Origin: Elusimicrobiota bacterium | GTDB lineage: Bacteria; Elusimicrobiota; Elusimicrobia; Elusimicrobiales; Elusimicrobiaceae | Assembly (NCBI GenBank): GCA_029008615.1 | Contig: JAQXJI010000037.1 | Location: 381 to 64,380, forward strand | Length of the DNA: 64,000 bases | Direction of reading: 5' to 3' | Shown: positions 18,132 to 25,938 of the stretch, in pieces | Layout of the letters: each line of letters starts with the position of its first letter | Position numbering within the stretch: the stretch's first letter is position 1 | Made by a program: the position numbers and the translations under genes | The notes under the pieces: generated by a model | Told to the model about the DNA's origin: nothing | Database searches by the model: none | The model's input: only the letters and a program-made list of their open reading frames with translations

Positions 18132-18809
18132 TTATTTTATTTCCCCGATAAGTTTTTTAGCTTCGGCGGCTTCGGTGCTGCCTTTATAATCCTGAACTAC
18201 GGACTGAAGATAATTTTTAGCTTCGTCTTTTTTGCCCAAAGGAATTATACTGCGCGCGTAAACTATGCGCGCTGCGGCCGTATGCTTGCTTTTTGGGAAT
18301 TTATCAAGCAAAGTGGCGGAAGAAACCGCCGCTTTTTGATAATCTTCCAAATTAAACAAAGCTTGTGCCAAATAAAGATAGGCTTCTTCTATATTTTGGC
18401 CGTTGGGGGCGTTTTGTATATACAAAGCGAAGCCTTTTGCTGCGGAAGCGTATTGCGCCGAGTCCAACTGGGATTTGGCCTGGGAGTAAATTTCCCCGGG
18501 AGGCATTTTGTAATCCGAACCGTCCTTATCCAACGCGGAGGTAATATTATCCAACTTGGTGGAAATATTATCCAGTTTATAATCAAAATCTTTTAAATTT
18601 TCGGAAGACTGCACGAGTTGGCTCATAAGGTCTTCCATTTGGACGTCAAGGCCGGCTTGGTTCTTTTGGAGATTTTCCAAAGTTTTGTTCAAAGCCGCGA
18701 CCTGCGTTTTCAGAACTTTTACGTCGTCTTGCGTGGCGAAGCAGCCGCACAAAAAGAAAGGGGAGCCAAGCCCCAAAACGGTTAAAGCCGTTATTTTATG
18801 TATCTTCAT
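18132..18809 (-). CDS. ybgF: CpoB/YbgF-like coiled-coil plus TPR protein
   Basis: Signal peptide with a Cys (FFLCGC). The N-terminal heptad-like region contains the repeat LDNISTKLDNITSALD. The C-terminal part is TPR-like (YLYLAQALFNLEDYQKA). It lies between pal and tolB. Confidence 0.7.
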   Translation of the reverse strand: MKIHKITALTVLGLGSPFFLCGCFATQDDVKVLKTQVAALNKTLENLQKNQAGLDVQMEDLMSQLVQSSENLKDFDYKLDNISTKLDNITSALDKDGSDYKMPPGEIYSQAKSQLDSAQYASAAKGFALYIQNAPNGQNIEEAYLYLAQALFNLEDYQKAAVSSATLLDKFPKSKHTAAARIVYARSIIPLGKKDEAKNYLQSVVQDYKGSTEAAEAKKLIGEIK

Positions 18810-18828
18810 GGTCAGCTCCCCTCAAAAA

Positions 18829-19347
18829 CTACTGGATTACCGTATCGGCTCTGCGGTTTTTGGCCCAGCACGCATTGGTGTTGTCGGTGCAGACCGGTCT
18901 TTCTTTACCGTAAGAGATCGTGTAAACTTCATCGGCATCTAAACCGAGTTTTACATAGTAATCTTTTACTTCTTTGGCTCTTTTGTCGCCCAAAGCGATA
19001 TTGTAAGCGATAGTGCCTCTGTCATCGCAATTACCTTCTACGGTAATCGTTTTGACGCCTTTTACTTTAAGGATTTCGGCGTTGGCTTCAAGTACGGCTC
19101 TCGCTTCTTTGGAAAGAGTGTACTGGTTCAAAGCGAAATATACCGGGGCCAAATTGACGGCTTCGGCTTCAACCACGATTGCGGGTTCTTCTTCTTCAAT
19201 GATGATGGTGTCATCGGCGGAAATTTCTTCCACGGCGCCTACTGTGCCGACATTATCGGCGGCGGCATCATCTTTTACGTTTTTGCTGCACGCGGTTAAA
19301 CCGGCGGCTAAAGCAAAAACGAGCATAAACTTAATTGCGTTTTTCAT
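18829..19347 (-). CDS. pal: peptidoglycan-associated lipoprotein Pal (OmpA-like)
   Basis: Lipobox LTAC. OmpA_C-like motifs GNCDDRGTIAYNIALGDKRA and NRRAD. Confidence 0.85.
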   Translation of the reverse strand: MKNAIKFMLVFALAAGLTACSKNVKDDAAADNVGTVGAVEEISADDTIIIEEEEPAIVVEAEAVNLAPVYFALNQYTLSKEARAVLEANAEILKVKGVKTITVEGNCDDRGTIAYNIALGDKRAKEVKDYYVKLGLDADEVYTISYGKERPVCTDNTNACWAKNRRADTVIQ

Positions 19348-19496
19348 TATGTTTGTCTCCTGTTAATTTTATAACATAACTCTTTTTGATAACATAAATG
19401 ATATCAGACTTCAGGCCTGATAGTCAATCAACTGTTATTTTACTGCCGTCTGAACTTTACCCCCCCGCGAAAAAACAGGTCCCTGGGTTCAGACTT

Positions 19497-20558
19497 TTAT
19501 TTAGGCAAGCGGCCCGATAACATCTCCGCAAAAGCGCGGGTAGGCTCAAGCTTGCTTAAAATTATCCTGACCGCCGCCGTCATAGGCACGGCCAAAAAAG
19601 CGCCCGGCACGCCCCAAACCAAGGCCCAAAAAACCAAAGAGCCTATTATCGTAACCGGGTGTAAATCCATACCGCTGCCAAGAAGCTTGGGTTCCAAAAT
19701 GCTTCCTATAACGAACTGCATACAAGCCGGTATTATAAGTATAAGCCAAAAACTGGACGTAGGCCCAAATTGCATCAAAGCTATCGGCAAAGGCAAAAGC
19801 ACCGCTATTATTGAACCCACATTAGGTATAAAATTTAACAATATGGTAAATACCACAAACATCAGTGCAAGTTCCAATCCGACGGAAAAATATACCACCC
19901 CTACGCAAATACCCGTAAATATCGAAACCATAATATGTATATAAAGATAAGCGGAAATTTTGTTTTGTATTTCCTTTATTACGGAATTGGTTATTTTTGC
20001 TCTGCCGGAACCCAAAAGCAGGAAAAACACAAAAATGACAACCATTGAAAAGTAAGAAAACACCTTTACGGCATTAGCCCCCAAGCTTTTAAAAAAGTTT
20101 ACCGATCCCGGCCCCGTCAGCATCGTTTGAAGGCTTTTAAGTTCAAGCATATCGTCGGGCAAAGGTATTTTATAACTGCGGATAAGATCGGCCAGACGGT
20201 TGAAAGATTCCACCAATTTGGCCTGATATACTCCGAAACCTTGGGCAAAGTTGCTTACGGAATTGCTTATAAATATCGCCATAAGAACCAAAGGAACCAA
20301 AACCACCGTGGCGGAAACTATTATGGCCAGCCAGCGAGGGAACTTCGCCCTGAACCTTAAATATCTTATCAGCGGGGTTATCATCGTGTATATAAAAATG
20401 GAAATTACCAAAGGTATAAGTATGCTTTTGGTATAAATAAGCGCCGTTACAAGACTGACTACAGCTATTAATATAAGGCAGGCCGTATTTATTTTTCTGT
20501 AAACGTCAACGCCGCTTTCAAGCGTTTGAAGAGTATTTTTTTGCGGCCCGGATTTCAT
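19497..20558 (-). CDS. AI-2E family transporter (PerM/YhhT-like)
   Basis: About 8 predicted TM helices with typical AI-2E organisation. C-terminal conserved stretch GSILEPKLLG...HPVTIIGSLVFWALVWGVPGAFLAVP. Confidence 0.8.
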   Translation of the reverse strand: MKSGPQKNTLQTLESGVDVYRKINTACLILIAVVSLVTALIYTKSILIPLVISIFIYTMITPLIRYLRFRAKFPRWLAIIVSATVVLVPLVLMAIFISNSVSNFAQGFGVYQAKLVESFNRLADLIRSYKIPLPDDMLELKSLQTMLTGPGSVNFFKSLGANAVKVFSYFSMVVIFVFFLLLGSGRAKITNSVIKEIQNKISAYLYIHIMVSIFTGICVGVVYFSVGLELALMFVVFTILLNFIPNVGSIIAVLLPLPIALMQFGPTSSFWLILIIPACMQFVIGSILEPKLLGSGMDLHPVTIIGSLVFWALVWGVPGAFLAVPMTAAVRIILSKLEPTRAFAEMLSGRLPK

Positions 20559-21052
20559 AAGTATTTCTCCATATCCCTTATTAGAAATAATACCCGGCTT
20601 GTTATTTTATTCAAGTCCTCGCAGGAAGCTTCCAAAAGCCACCAGTTGAGCCTCATCGGGACGTCTTTGGCCAAAGTCTGTATGTTTTTGACTATGGTGT
20701 AAAGTTCGTCCACTTGACGGTTAAAAGCCAATGCGCTTATGTTCATCTGTTTTATGTTTATGCGTCCGTTCGCCGCAAGTTCCGCTTTGTTAAGGCTGCG
20801 GAAATAAGCCCGCACGTTCTGCCAAAAATCATTGCTTTCTTCGGCGAGAGTTTTAAGTTCCAACACTGCGGAGCGAAAATTCTCTTGGAAGCTTAAGTCT
20901 TTCACCGGCATACGGCGGCGATATTGCTTGTAAATAACTTCCAAACGGTCATAATAATCGCGCAGTCTGACGTTAAGTGTACGCAAAGCGGAGGAAGATT
21001 TTTCAATTTCTTCCGACATTCTCTTTACCGTTTCTTCGGGAGTTTGATTCAT
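20555..21052 (-). CDS. hypothetical helical protein
   Basis: 165 aa with helix-forming composition and no motif I recognise. ATGA overlaps at both ends, with the kinase upstream and the AI-2E permease downstream. Confidence 0.6.
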   Translation of the reverse strand: MNQTPEETVKRMSEEIEKSSSALRTLNVRLRDYYDRLEVIYKQYRRRMPVKDLSFQENFRSAVLELKTLAEESNDFWQNVRAYFRSLNKAELAANGRINIKQMNISALAFNRQVDELYTIVKNIQTLAKDVPMRLNWWLLEASCEDLNKITSRVLFLIRDMEKYL

Positions 21053-21807
21053 TGTTTCGGAAACCTTAAGGAAATTATAGTCCCTATCCCGTACTGTGAG
21101 CGCACCGATATGGCGCCGTTGTGGGCGTTCATAATAAGTTTAACCAAAGCCAACCCCAAGCCCCAGCCTTCTATTTGGCCGGTAAAAAAATCATCAACCT
21201 GATAAAACTTTTCAAAAATAAGGCTTATATCTTCTTCCTTAATGCCCACGCCGTTATCGGCCACGGCGAGAATATTTTTATCGCCTTCTTCATAATAGAA
21301 AAGTTTTATCTTTTTTACGGTATTGTTGTTAAATTTTATGGAGTTATCCAACAGTTCTTCCAAAGCTATAGAAACAAGCGCTTTATCGGCGAATATCGTT
21401 GCGGTTTCAGGACATTTGATGTCTATCGCCGGGCCTTGGCGGCGTATTGTCGCGTCGGAAGACATCACGCTTAAAGAATCGTCTCTTAAAATGCAGGCCG
21501 CCTCCGCAGACGAAAACAAACCTTTTACGTTTACGTCCTGTTTTTTTACGTCCTCTTTGGATAAATCGCTGACGCCGCTGAAGCGCACAAGCTTATCTAT
21601 AAGTATAGCCAGTTTTTCGCCCTGTTTGCTTATATCGCTTAAAGCTTTGGCGTTGAAAGTGTCCTTTTCTTCCGGTTTTAACTGGGATAAAATGGCTTCG
21701 GTATATCCGTTTATAATGGAAAGAGGCGTTTTAAGCTTGTGCGAGACCAAAGAAAGCACTCTTGAAGCCGGGTCAACCTTTCTATCGCTTTTTAAATCCT
21801 GCGGCAT
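21049..21807 (-). CDS. histidine kinase core (HisKA + HATPase_c) without an input domain
   Basis: H-box SHKLKTPLS about 20 aa from the N-terminus, N box ELLDNSIKF, G1 DNGVGI, F box FEKFYQ, G2 GWGLGLALV. No TM segment. Confidence 0.8.
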   Translation of the reverse strand: MPQDLKSDRKVDPASRVLSLVSHKLKTPLSIINGYTEAILSQLKPEEKDTFNAKALSDISKQGEKLAILIDKLVRFSGVSDLSKEDVKKQDVNVKGLFSSAEAACILRDDSLSVMSSDATIRRQGPAIDIKCPETATIFADKALVSIALEELLDNSIKFNNNTVKKIKLFYYEEGDKNILAVADNGVGIKEEDISLIFEKFYQVDDFFTGQIEGWGLGLALVKLIMNAHNGAISVRSQYGIGTIISLRFPKQ

Positions 21808-21816
21808 AAAACCCTC

Positions 21817-22665
21817 TCACAGCCCTAAATTTAAACCTATGCCGTAAATGTCGGAATCGGTTTGATTAGGTACAAAGATATGGTTGTAAGAAATCCTCAG
21901 CGAAGCTTTCGCGCTTACCAAAACATTGGTGCTTATAAGCAAAGAATGTCTGGCGTCATCATCGTGCATATCAATATAGCGGTAGGAAATAAAAGTTTCC
22001 GCGCGATTTTCTTCCGAGCGCCAAGTGGCCTTAACGCCGCCCGAAGCCCTAGGCAAACCCAACATATAGTCTATCGTGCCCAAATCGGCGAGTTCGGACT
22101 GATTGAAAACACCCCTTATGGCTTTTACGCCTTCCAAACCGGAAAGATATTGATATACATTACCCGAAAAATTAAAAAGATAAACTCCGAAAAAGTTTGA
22201 AACCACGCCGGCTTCGTAAGCGGCCTGAATGAAAGTGTCTTTTTCCGTAAGAACGCCGTTTTTAAGAACATCCGCTTTTTGCGAAACTATACCCGCGCTT
22301 AAATAACCTTCGGCCGCAGTTCCGTCCACTTCGTTTAATTTTAAAGCGGAGGAAAACATAAGCTTCCCGCCGTAAGCCCAAGAGTCGTTCCCGTTATCCG
22401 GCAAGAAAAACGGTACGGCCCTTACGGAGAGCGCATCGGACGCAAAACCAAACGGCAGGCGGAACGCATATATATGATTGTCAAAATCCTTATGTTCGGT
22501 AACGTCAAATTCCGCACCGACAAAAAACTGGCGCGCCGGGGCAAAAGATATTGCCGCGCTGTTGCGCCAAAACCTGGAATTGTGAGTGTAGTTATCGGCT
22601 ACGCTGAACGCAAAAACAGGCGTCAAGGTAAAAACAAAAATTAAAAAAGAAATAAGTTTTTTCAT
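21817..22665 (-). CDS. putative outer-membrane beta-barrel protein
   Basis: Signal peptide MKKLISFLIFVFTLTPVFA. Alternating hydrophobic/polar pattern with aromatic girdle residues throughout. No family recognised. Confidence 0.6.
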   Translation of the reverse strand: MKKLISFLIFVFTLTPVFAFSVADNYTHNSRFWRNSAAISFAPARQFFVGAEFDVTEHKDFDNHIYAFRLPFGFASDALSVRAVPFFLPDNGNDSWAYGGKLMFSSALKLNEVDGTAAEGYLSAGIVSQKADVLKNGVLTEKDTFIQAAYEAGVVSNFFGVYLFNFSGNVYQYLSGLEGVKAIRGVFNQSELADLGTIDYMLGLPRASGGVKATWRSEENRAETFISYRYIDMHDDDARHSLLISTNVLVSAKASLRISYNHIFVPNQTDSDIYGIGLNLGL

Positions 22666-22755
22666 ATATTAAAAGAATAGCAAAAAAATTATGAGAAGAA
22701 AAACCTATTTTCCGCAAAAAGCGCGCGCAAGTTAAATTTAGTAAAATTAATTAAT

Positions 22756-23931
22756 ATGAAAAAACACCTTTTTATCGTTTCTTTACTTTTGGCTTCCGCT
22801 TTGAATGCGGCTGTAATCGAAAGAGGCCCTTTCGTGGAAGATCCGGCGCAGACCACCGCCGTAATAAAATGGACTGCCGACGTTCCCTCCCCGGCTTGGG
22901 TGGAATACGGCCCGGAAGGCAAATGTTCCCAACTGATGGCGATATCTTCCAGGAAAAGAAATCACTCCCTTACTCTGCACGGTCTTATACCGAACACAAA
23001 ATTCTGCTATAAAGTTTATGTGGAAAACAATTCCGGCACAGGAGTGCAGGAAGCCAAAACAGGAACTTTCAGAACTTTATTTACCCCCGAAAGAAAAATC
23101 GTCAATTTTTTGGTAGTTGGCAATACGGCCGATCCGCAGGGAACTTCCGGCGAGATGAAAAGACGTATGGCGCAAAGTATGGCCGAACATCCGGCGGATT
23201 TTTTGATACACACCGGCGATATCGCCTCCGGCGGAACCATTGCCGCGGAAGATGAAGAATTTTTTAAACCGTATAAAAAAGTTTTGGCCGACGCTCCTCT
23301 TTTGGTTGCCTTGGGCGAAGAAGAATACGGCGACAACCGTTCCAACGCGGACGGGAAAGGCTTTCTTGCCGCGAACTACAAAAGGATTCACTCTATGCCG
23401 TGGAGCAAAGGCACGCCGAACTATTATTATATAGATACGGCCAACGCCCGAATATTTTTCGTGGATACAAATAATATGTATGACGCTTTGACGGCGCCGG
23501 CGATAAACCAAAAATCACCGCAGTATATTTGGCTTAGGGACTCTTTGGCAAAAACCGCCGGCGGCAAATGGAAAATAGTGGTAATGCATCATCCCGTATA
23601 TTCCAGCGGTAAAGAAGAGGACCGCCTGAGCCAAGTTCTTGCGCCCTTGTTTGAAGCCCAAAAAGTAAATCTTGTAATACAAGGGCACCAAGGCGCATAC
23701 GAAAGAACAAAACCGATACACCGCGCCGAAGCGGCGAAAAATGGCCCTATTTATATAACGGTCGGCGGCAGCGGAAAGTTCTTTGAGGAGTCCTCTTACA
23801 GCAATGATTGGAGCAATAAATATTATGCGACGCCGCACTTTGCATATATCAGCATTATAGACAGGAAATTATCCCTCAGAACCTTTACGCACGAGAATAA
23901 AAGAATAGACGCTTTGGATATTTACTTTTAG
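22756..23931 (+). CDS. secreted metallophosphoesterase (purple-acid-phosphatase-like)
   Basis: Signal peptide and an N-terminal Fn3-like PAP domain (IKWTADVPSPAWVEYG). Metallophos motifs HTGD, MHHPVYSS and IQGHQGAYER. Confidence 0.8.
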   Translation: MKKHLFIVSLLLASALNAAVIERGPFVEDPAQTTAVIKWTADVPSPAWVEYGPEGKCSQLMAISSRKRNHSLTLHGLIPNTKFCYKVYVENNSGTGVQEAKTGTFRTLFTPERKIVNFLVVGNTADPQGTSGEMKRRMAQSMAEHPADFLIHTGDIASGGTIAAEDEEFFKPYKKVLADAPLLVALGEEEYGDNRSNADGKGFLAANYKRIHSMPWSKGTPNYYYIDTANARIFFVDTNNMYDALTAPAINQKSPQYIWLRDSLAKTAGGKWKIVVMHHPVYSSGKEEDRLSQVLAPLFEAQKVNLVIQGHQGAYERTKPIHRAEAAKNGPIYITVGGSGKFFEESSYSNDWSNKYYATPHFAYISIIDRKLSLRTFTHENKRIDALDIYF

Positions 23932-23945
23932 TTTTTCTTTTAGTT

Positions 23946-23954
23946 TGCTATAAT
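23946..23954 (+). promoter_or_regulatory. extended -10 promoter element (TGcTATAAT) for tRNA-Val
   Basis: tgctataat at 23946..23954, about 37 nt upstream of the tRNA 5' end. No convincing -35 element. Confidence 0.4.
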
Positions 23955-23990
23955 ATTTAGGCAGAGTTTAATTGCAGTTAACGGATTTAA

Positions 23991-24065
23991 GCCCAGTTGG
24001 CGCAGCGGTAGCGCGTTCCCTTGACATGGGAAAGGTCACAGGTTCAATCCCTGTACTGGGCACCA
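23991..24065 (+). tRNA. tRNA-Val (anticodon GAC)
   Basis: Hand-folded cloverleaf. Acceptor GCCCAGT/ACTGGGC, anticodon arm TTCCC-TTGACAT-GGGAA, T-arm ACAGG-TTCAATC-CCTGT. Discriminator A and an encoded CCA. Confidence 0.9.
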
Positions 24066-24070
24066 TTTAT

Positions 24071-24096
24071 AACCACCCGAAAGGGTGGTTTTTTAT
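24071..24096 (+). terminator. intrinsic terminator after tRNA-Val
   Basis: aaccaccc-gaaa-gggtggtt followed by ttttt. Confidence 0.7.
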
Positions 24097-24166
24097 TGGC
24101 CGGGCAACAGTTAAATACATTTTAAAAGAAATTTCAAAGATGTAAAATATTATTAAGGAGTTTAAA

Positions 24167-24475
24167 ATGAGTATTTTTGAAGCTTTAATGATGCTCGGTT
24201 TCGGCCTTGCGTGGCCTTTTAACATTTACCGCTCGATAAAAACGAAAACCGCCGCGGGAAAGAGTTTCCTCTTTATGATAACCATAGAACTGGCTTATAT
24301 CTGCGGGATGATACATAAAATTCTTTACAGTTTTGATTTGGTGTTTTGGCTTTACGTGCTGAACTTCCTTATGGTGCTTACGGATATAATCTTAATGGTA
24401 AGAAACACCCGCATAGACGTATACCGCAAATACCGCCGGCAGATTTTGGAAAAACGCGCCGCCGTACACAAGTAA
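24167..24475 (+). CDS. small 3-TM membrane protein, SemiSWEET/PQ-loop-like
   Basis: 102 aa with three hydrophobic helices. LAWPFNIYRSIKTKTAAGKS resembles the PQ-loop motif (..PQ...KT+S..G.S) at the end of TM1. AAGGAG RBS upstream. Confidence 0.45.
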   Translation: MSIFEALMMLGFGLAWPFNIYRSIKTKTAAGKSFLFMITIELAYICGMIHKILYSFDLVFWLYVLNFLMVLTDIILMVRNTRIDVYRKYRRQILEKRAAVHK

Positions 24476-24536
24476 ATACGGGATTAAAACAAAATTTAAA
24501 GCAGGCTTTTATGCCGGCTTTATCACTAAAGTTTTA

Positions 24537-25841
24537 TCAAGACTTTGCAACCAAAAATTCCATAACTCTTTTCCTGCGGAATTTGCGCGGCTCCACAAGC
24601 AAACCGTCGCTTTTTATTCTGTCGCCGCCGATTACGGCTTTCCCTGTTTTAAGTTCCGCCCATTTTTCCAGAGTTATCTCCCCGGGTAAGTTTGCGGGGG
24701 GCGGCTTGCCCAATTTGCTAAAAATATCCGACATTTTGGAAGACGAACTCGCCACAAGGGCGTTGCCGAAACGCCTGACGTATACAGGGAAGAAGTCATA
24801 TTCGTCTTCAATATCGCCGACCATTTCTTCAAAAATATCTTCAAGCGTAACTATGCCGGTGATAGTTCCGCCGGAACATACAAGCGCAATATGCTGGCGC
24901 GCTTTTATAAGTTTTTCCATAGATTGGGAAATGGTGCTCTCGGCGGGGAGCTTCAAAATGGGACGCAAAATAGAGCGCGCCGCGGCTTTATTCCGAGAGG
25001 AAGCTTTAGTCGCCATAAAAATATCTTTAAAATTAAGATACCCTATAATGCTTTGGGGGTTATCCTTACTTTCGCAAACCGGAAAGCGAGTATGCATGTC
25101 CAAATGCGCTTTTACGAAAGTTTCGGCGATATCGTCATCGGCGTAAAGAGTATAAACCTGGCTCAGAGGGATTTGGATTTCCCCTATTTTACGGCTGCAA
25201 AACATCGCGCTGGAAAGGACGATTTTCTCCTCTGTTTTGCCAAACAGTCTTGAGGCCGCCGCCACCGAAGCCGCCACGCGCAAATCTTCCATGGCCGCCG
25301 TACGGGAAGCTTCCCCCTCTTCGGAATTTTTAATGCCCTTTCTGGTAAGCAGGCGGACTATGGCTTCCATAATATTGACTACGGGCGAAAGCAGTAAATA
25401 TAAAACCCTTATCGCCGGGGAAAACATCAATACGACAAACTCATTGTTTTTAATGGCGAAAGTTTTTGGCGTAAGTTCCGCAAAAATAATCGTTATGAAG
25501 CTTAAAGGCAAAACCACTATTATGACGGAAAGCGCGTCCGCAGTTCTCTTTGACAGCGAAAACCACTCCCTAAGCAGCGGCGACATTTGCTCGTCCGCGC
25601 CCGCGCCACCCACGGCAGCGGCTACGGCGCCGGCCAAAGTTATCACTATCTGCACAACGGCCAAGCCGCCTTCTATATGTTCCTTCATAAAAAGAGCGGA
25701 TTTCGCGCCTTTCCTTTTGGCGGCCGCCAAAACGGAAAGTTTTGTTTTGGAAACGGACGCCAACGCCATTTCATAAGCGGCGAAAAGGGCGTTTACAACA
25801 AGCATTAAAACGATTATTATAAGAGCCATATAATATAGCAT
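24537..25841 (-). CDS. CNNM/DUF21-CBS-CorC_HlyC family protein (hemolysin-like, TlyC/CorC)
   Basis: N-terminal DUF21 TM domain (ALFAAYEMALASVS), a CBS pair, and a C-terminal CorC_HlyC-like domain. Start trimmed to Met36 of ORF 24537..25946, because family members start at the first TM helix. Start is uncertain (25829 is also possible). Confidence 0.8.
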   Translation of the reverse strand: MLYYMALIIIVLMLVVNALFAAYEMALASVSKTKLSVLAAAKRKGAKSALFMKEHIEGGLAVVQIVITLAGAVAAAVGGAGADEQMSPLLREWFSLSKRTADALSVIIVVLPLSFITIIFAELTPKTFAIKNNEFVVLMFSPAIRVLYLLLSPVVNIMEAIVRLLTRKGIKNSEEGEASRTAAMEDLRVAASVAAASRLFGKTEEKIVLSSAMFCSRKIGEIQIPLSQVYTLYADDDIAETFVKAHLDMHTRFPVCESKDNPQSIIGYLNFKDIFMATKASSRNKAAARSILRPILKLPAESTISQSMEKLIKARQHIALVCSGGTITGIVTLEDIFEEMVGDIEDEYDFFPVYVRRFGNALVASSSSKMSDIFSKLGKPPPANLPGEITLEKWAELKTGKAVIGGDRIKSDGLLVEPRKFRRKRVMEFLVAKS

Positions 25842-25938
25842 CGGAGATTTGCATTTTAACGTCAAGGGGCCGCGGCGGAAATGTTTTTTCTCTTTTTTTA
25901 GGCTATACTTTAAAAAGGGATTTACGGAGGACTGTTTT

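Noticed and set aside
24346-25146. 266-aa ORF on the plus strand. There are similar long antisense ORFs at 41941..42642 (233 aa), 51844..52440 (198 aa), 54163..54708 (181 aa), 25237..25776 (179 aa) and 21323..21847 (174 aa).
   Set aside because: Each lies entirely opposite a gene with unambiguous family motifs (CNNM/CBS protein, UvrD, OFOR beta/gamma, RlmI, histidine kinase). Their translations are low-complexity or Arg/Ser/Phe-rich with no motifs. They are typical shadow ORFs produced by codon bias.
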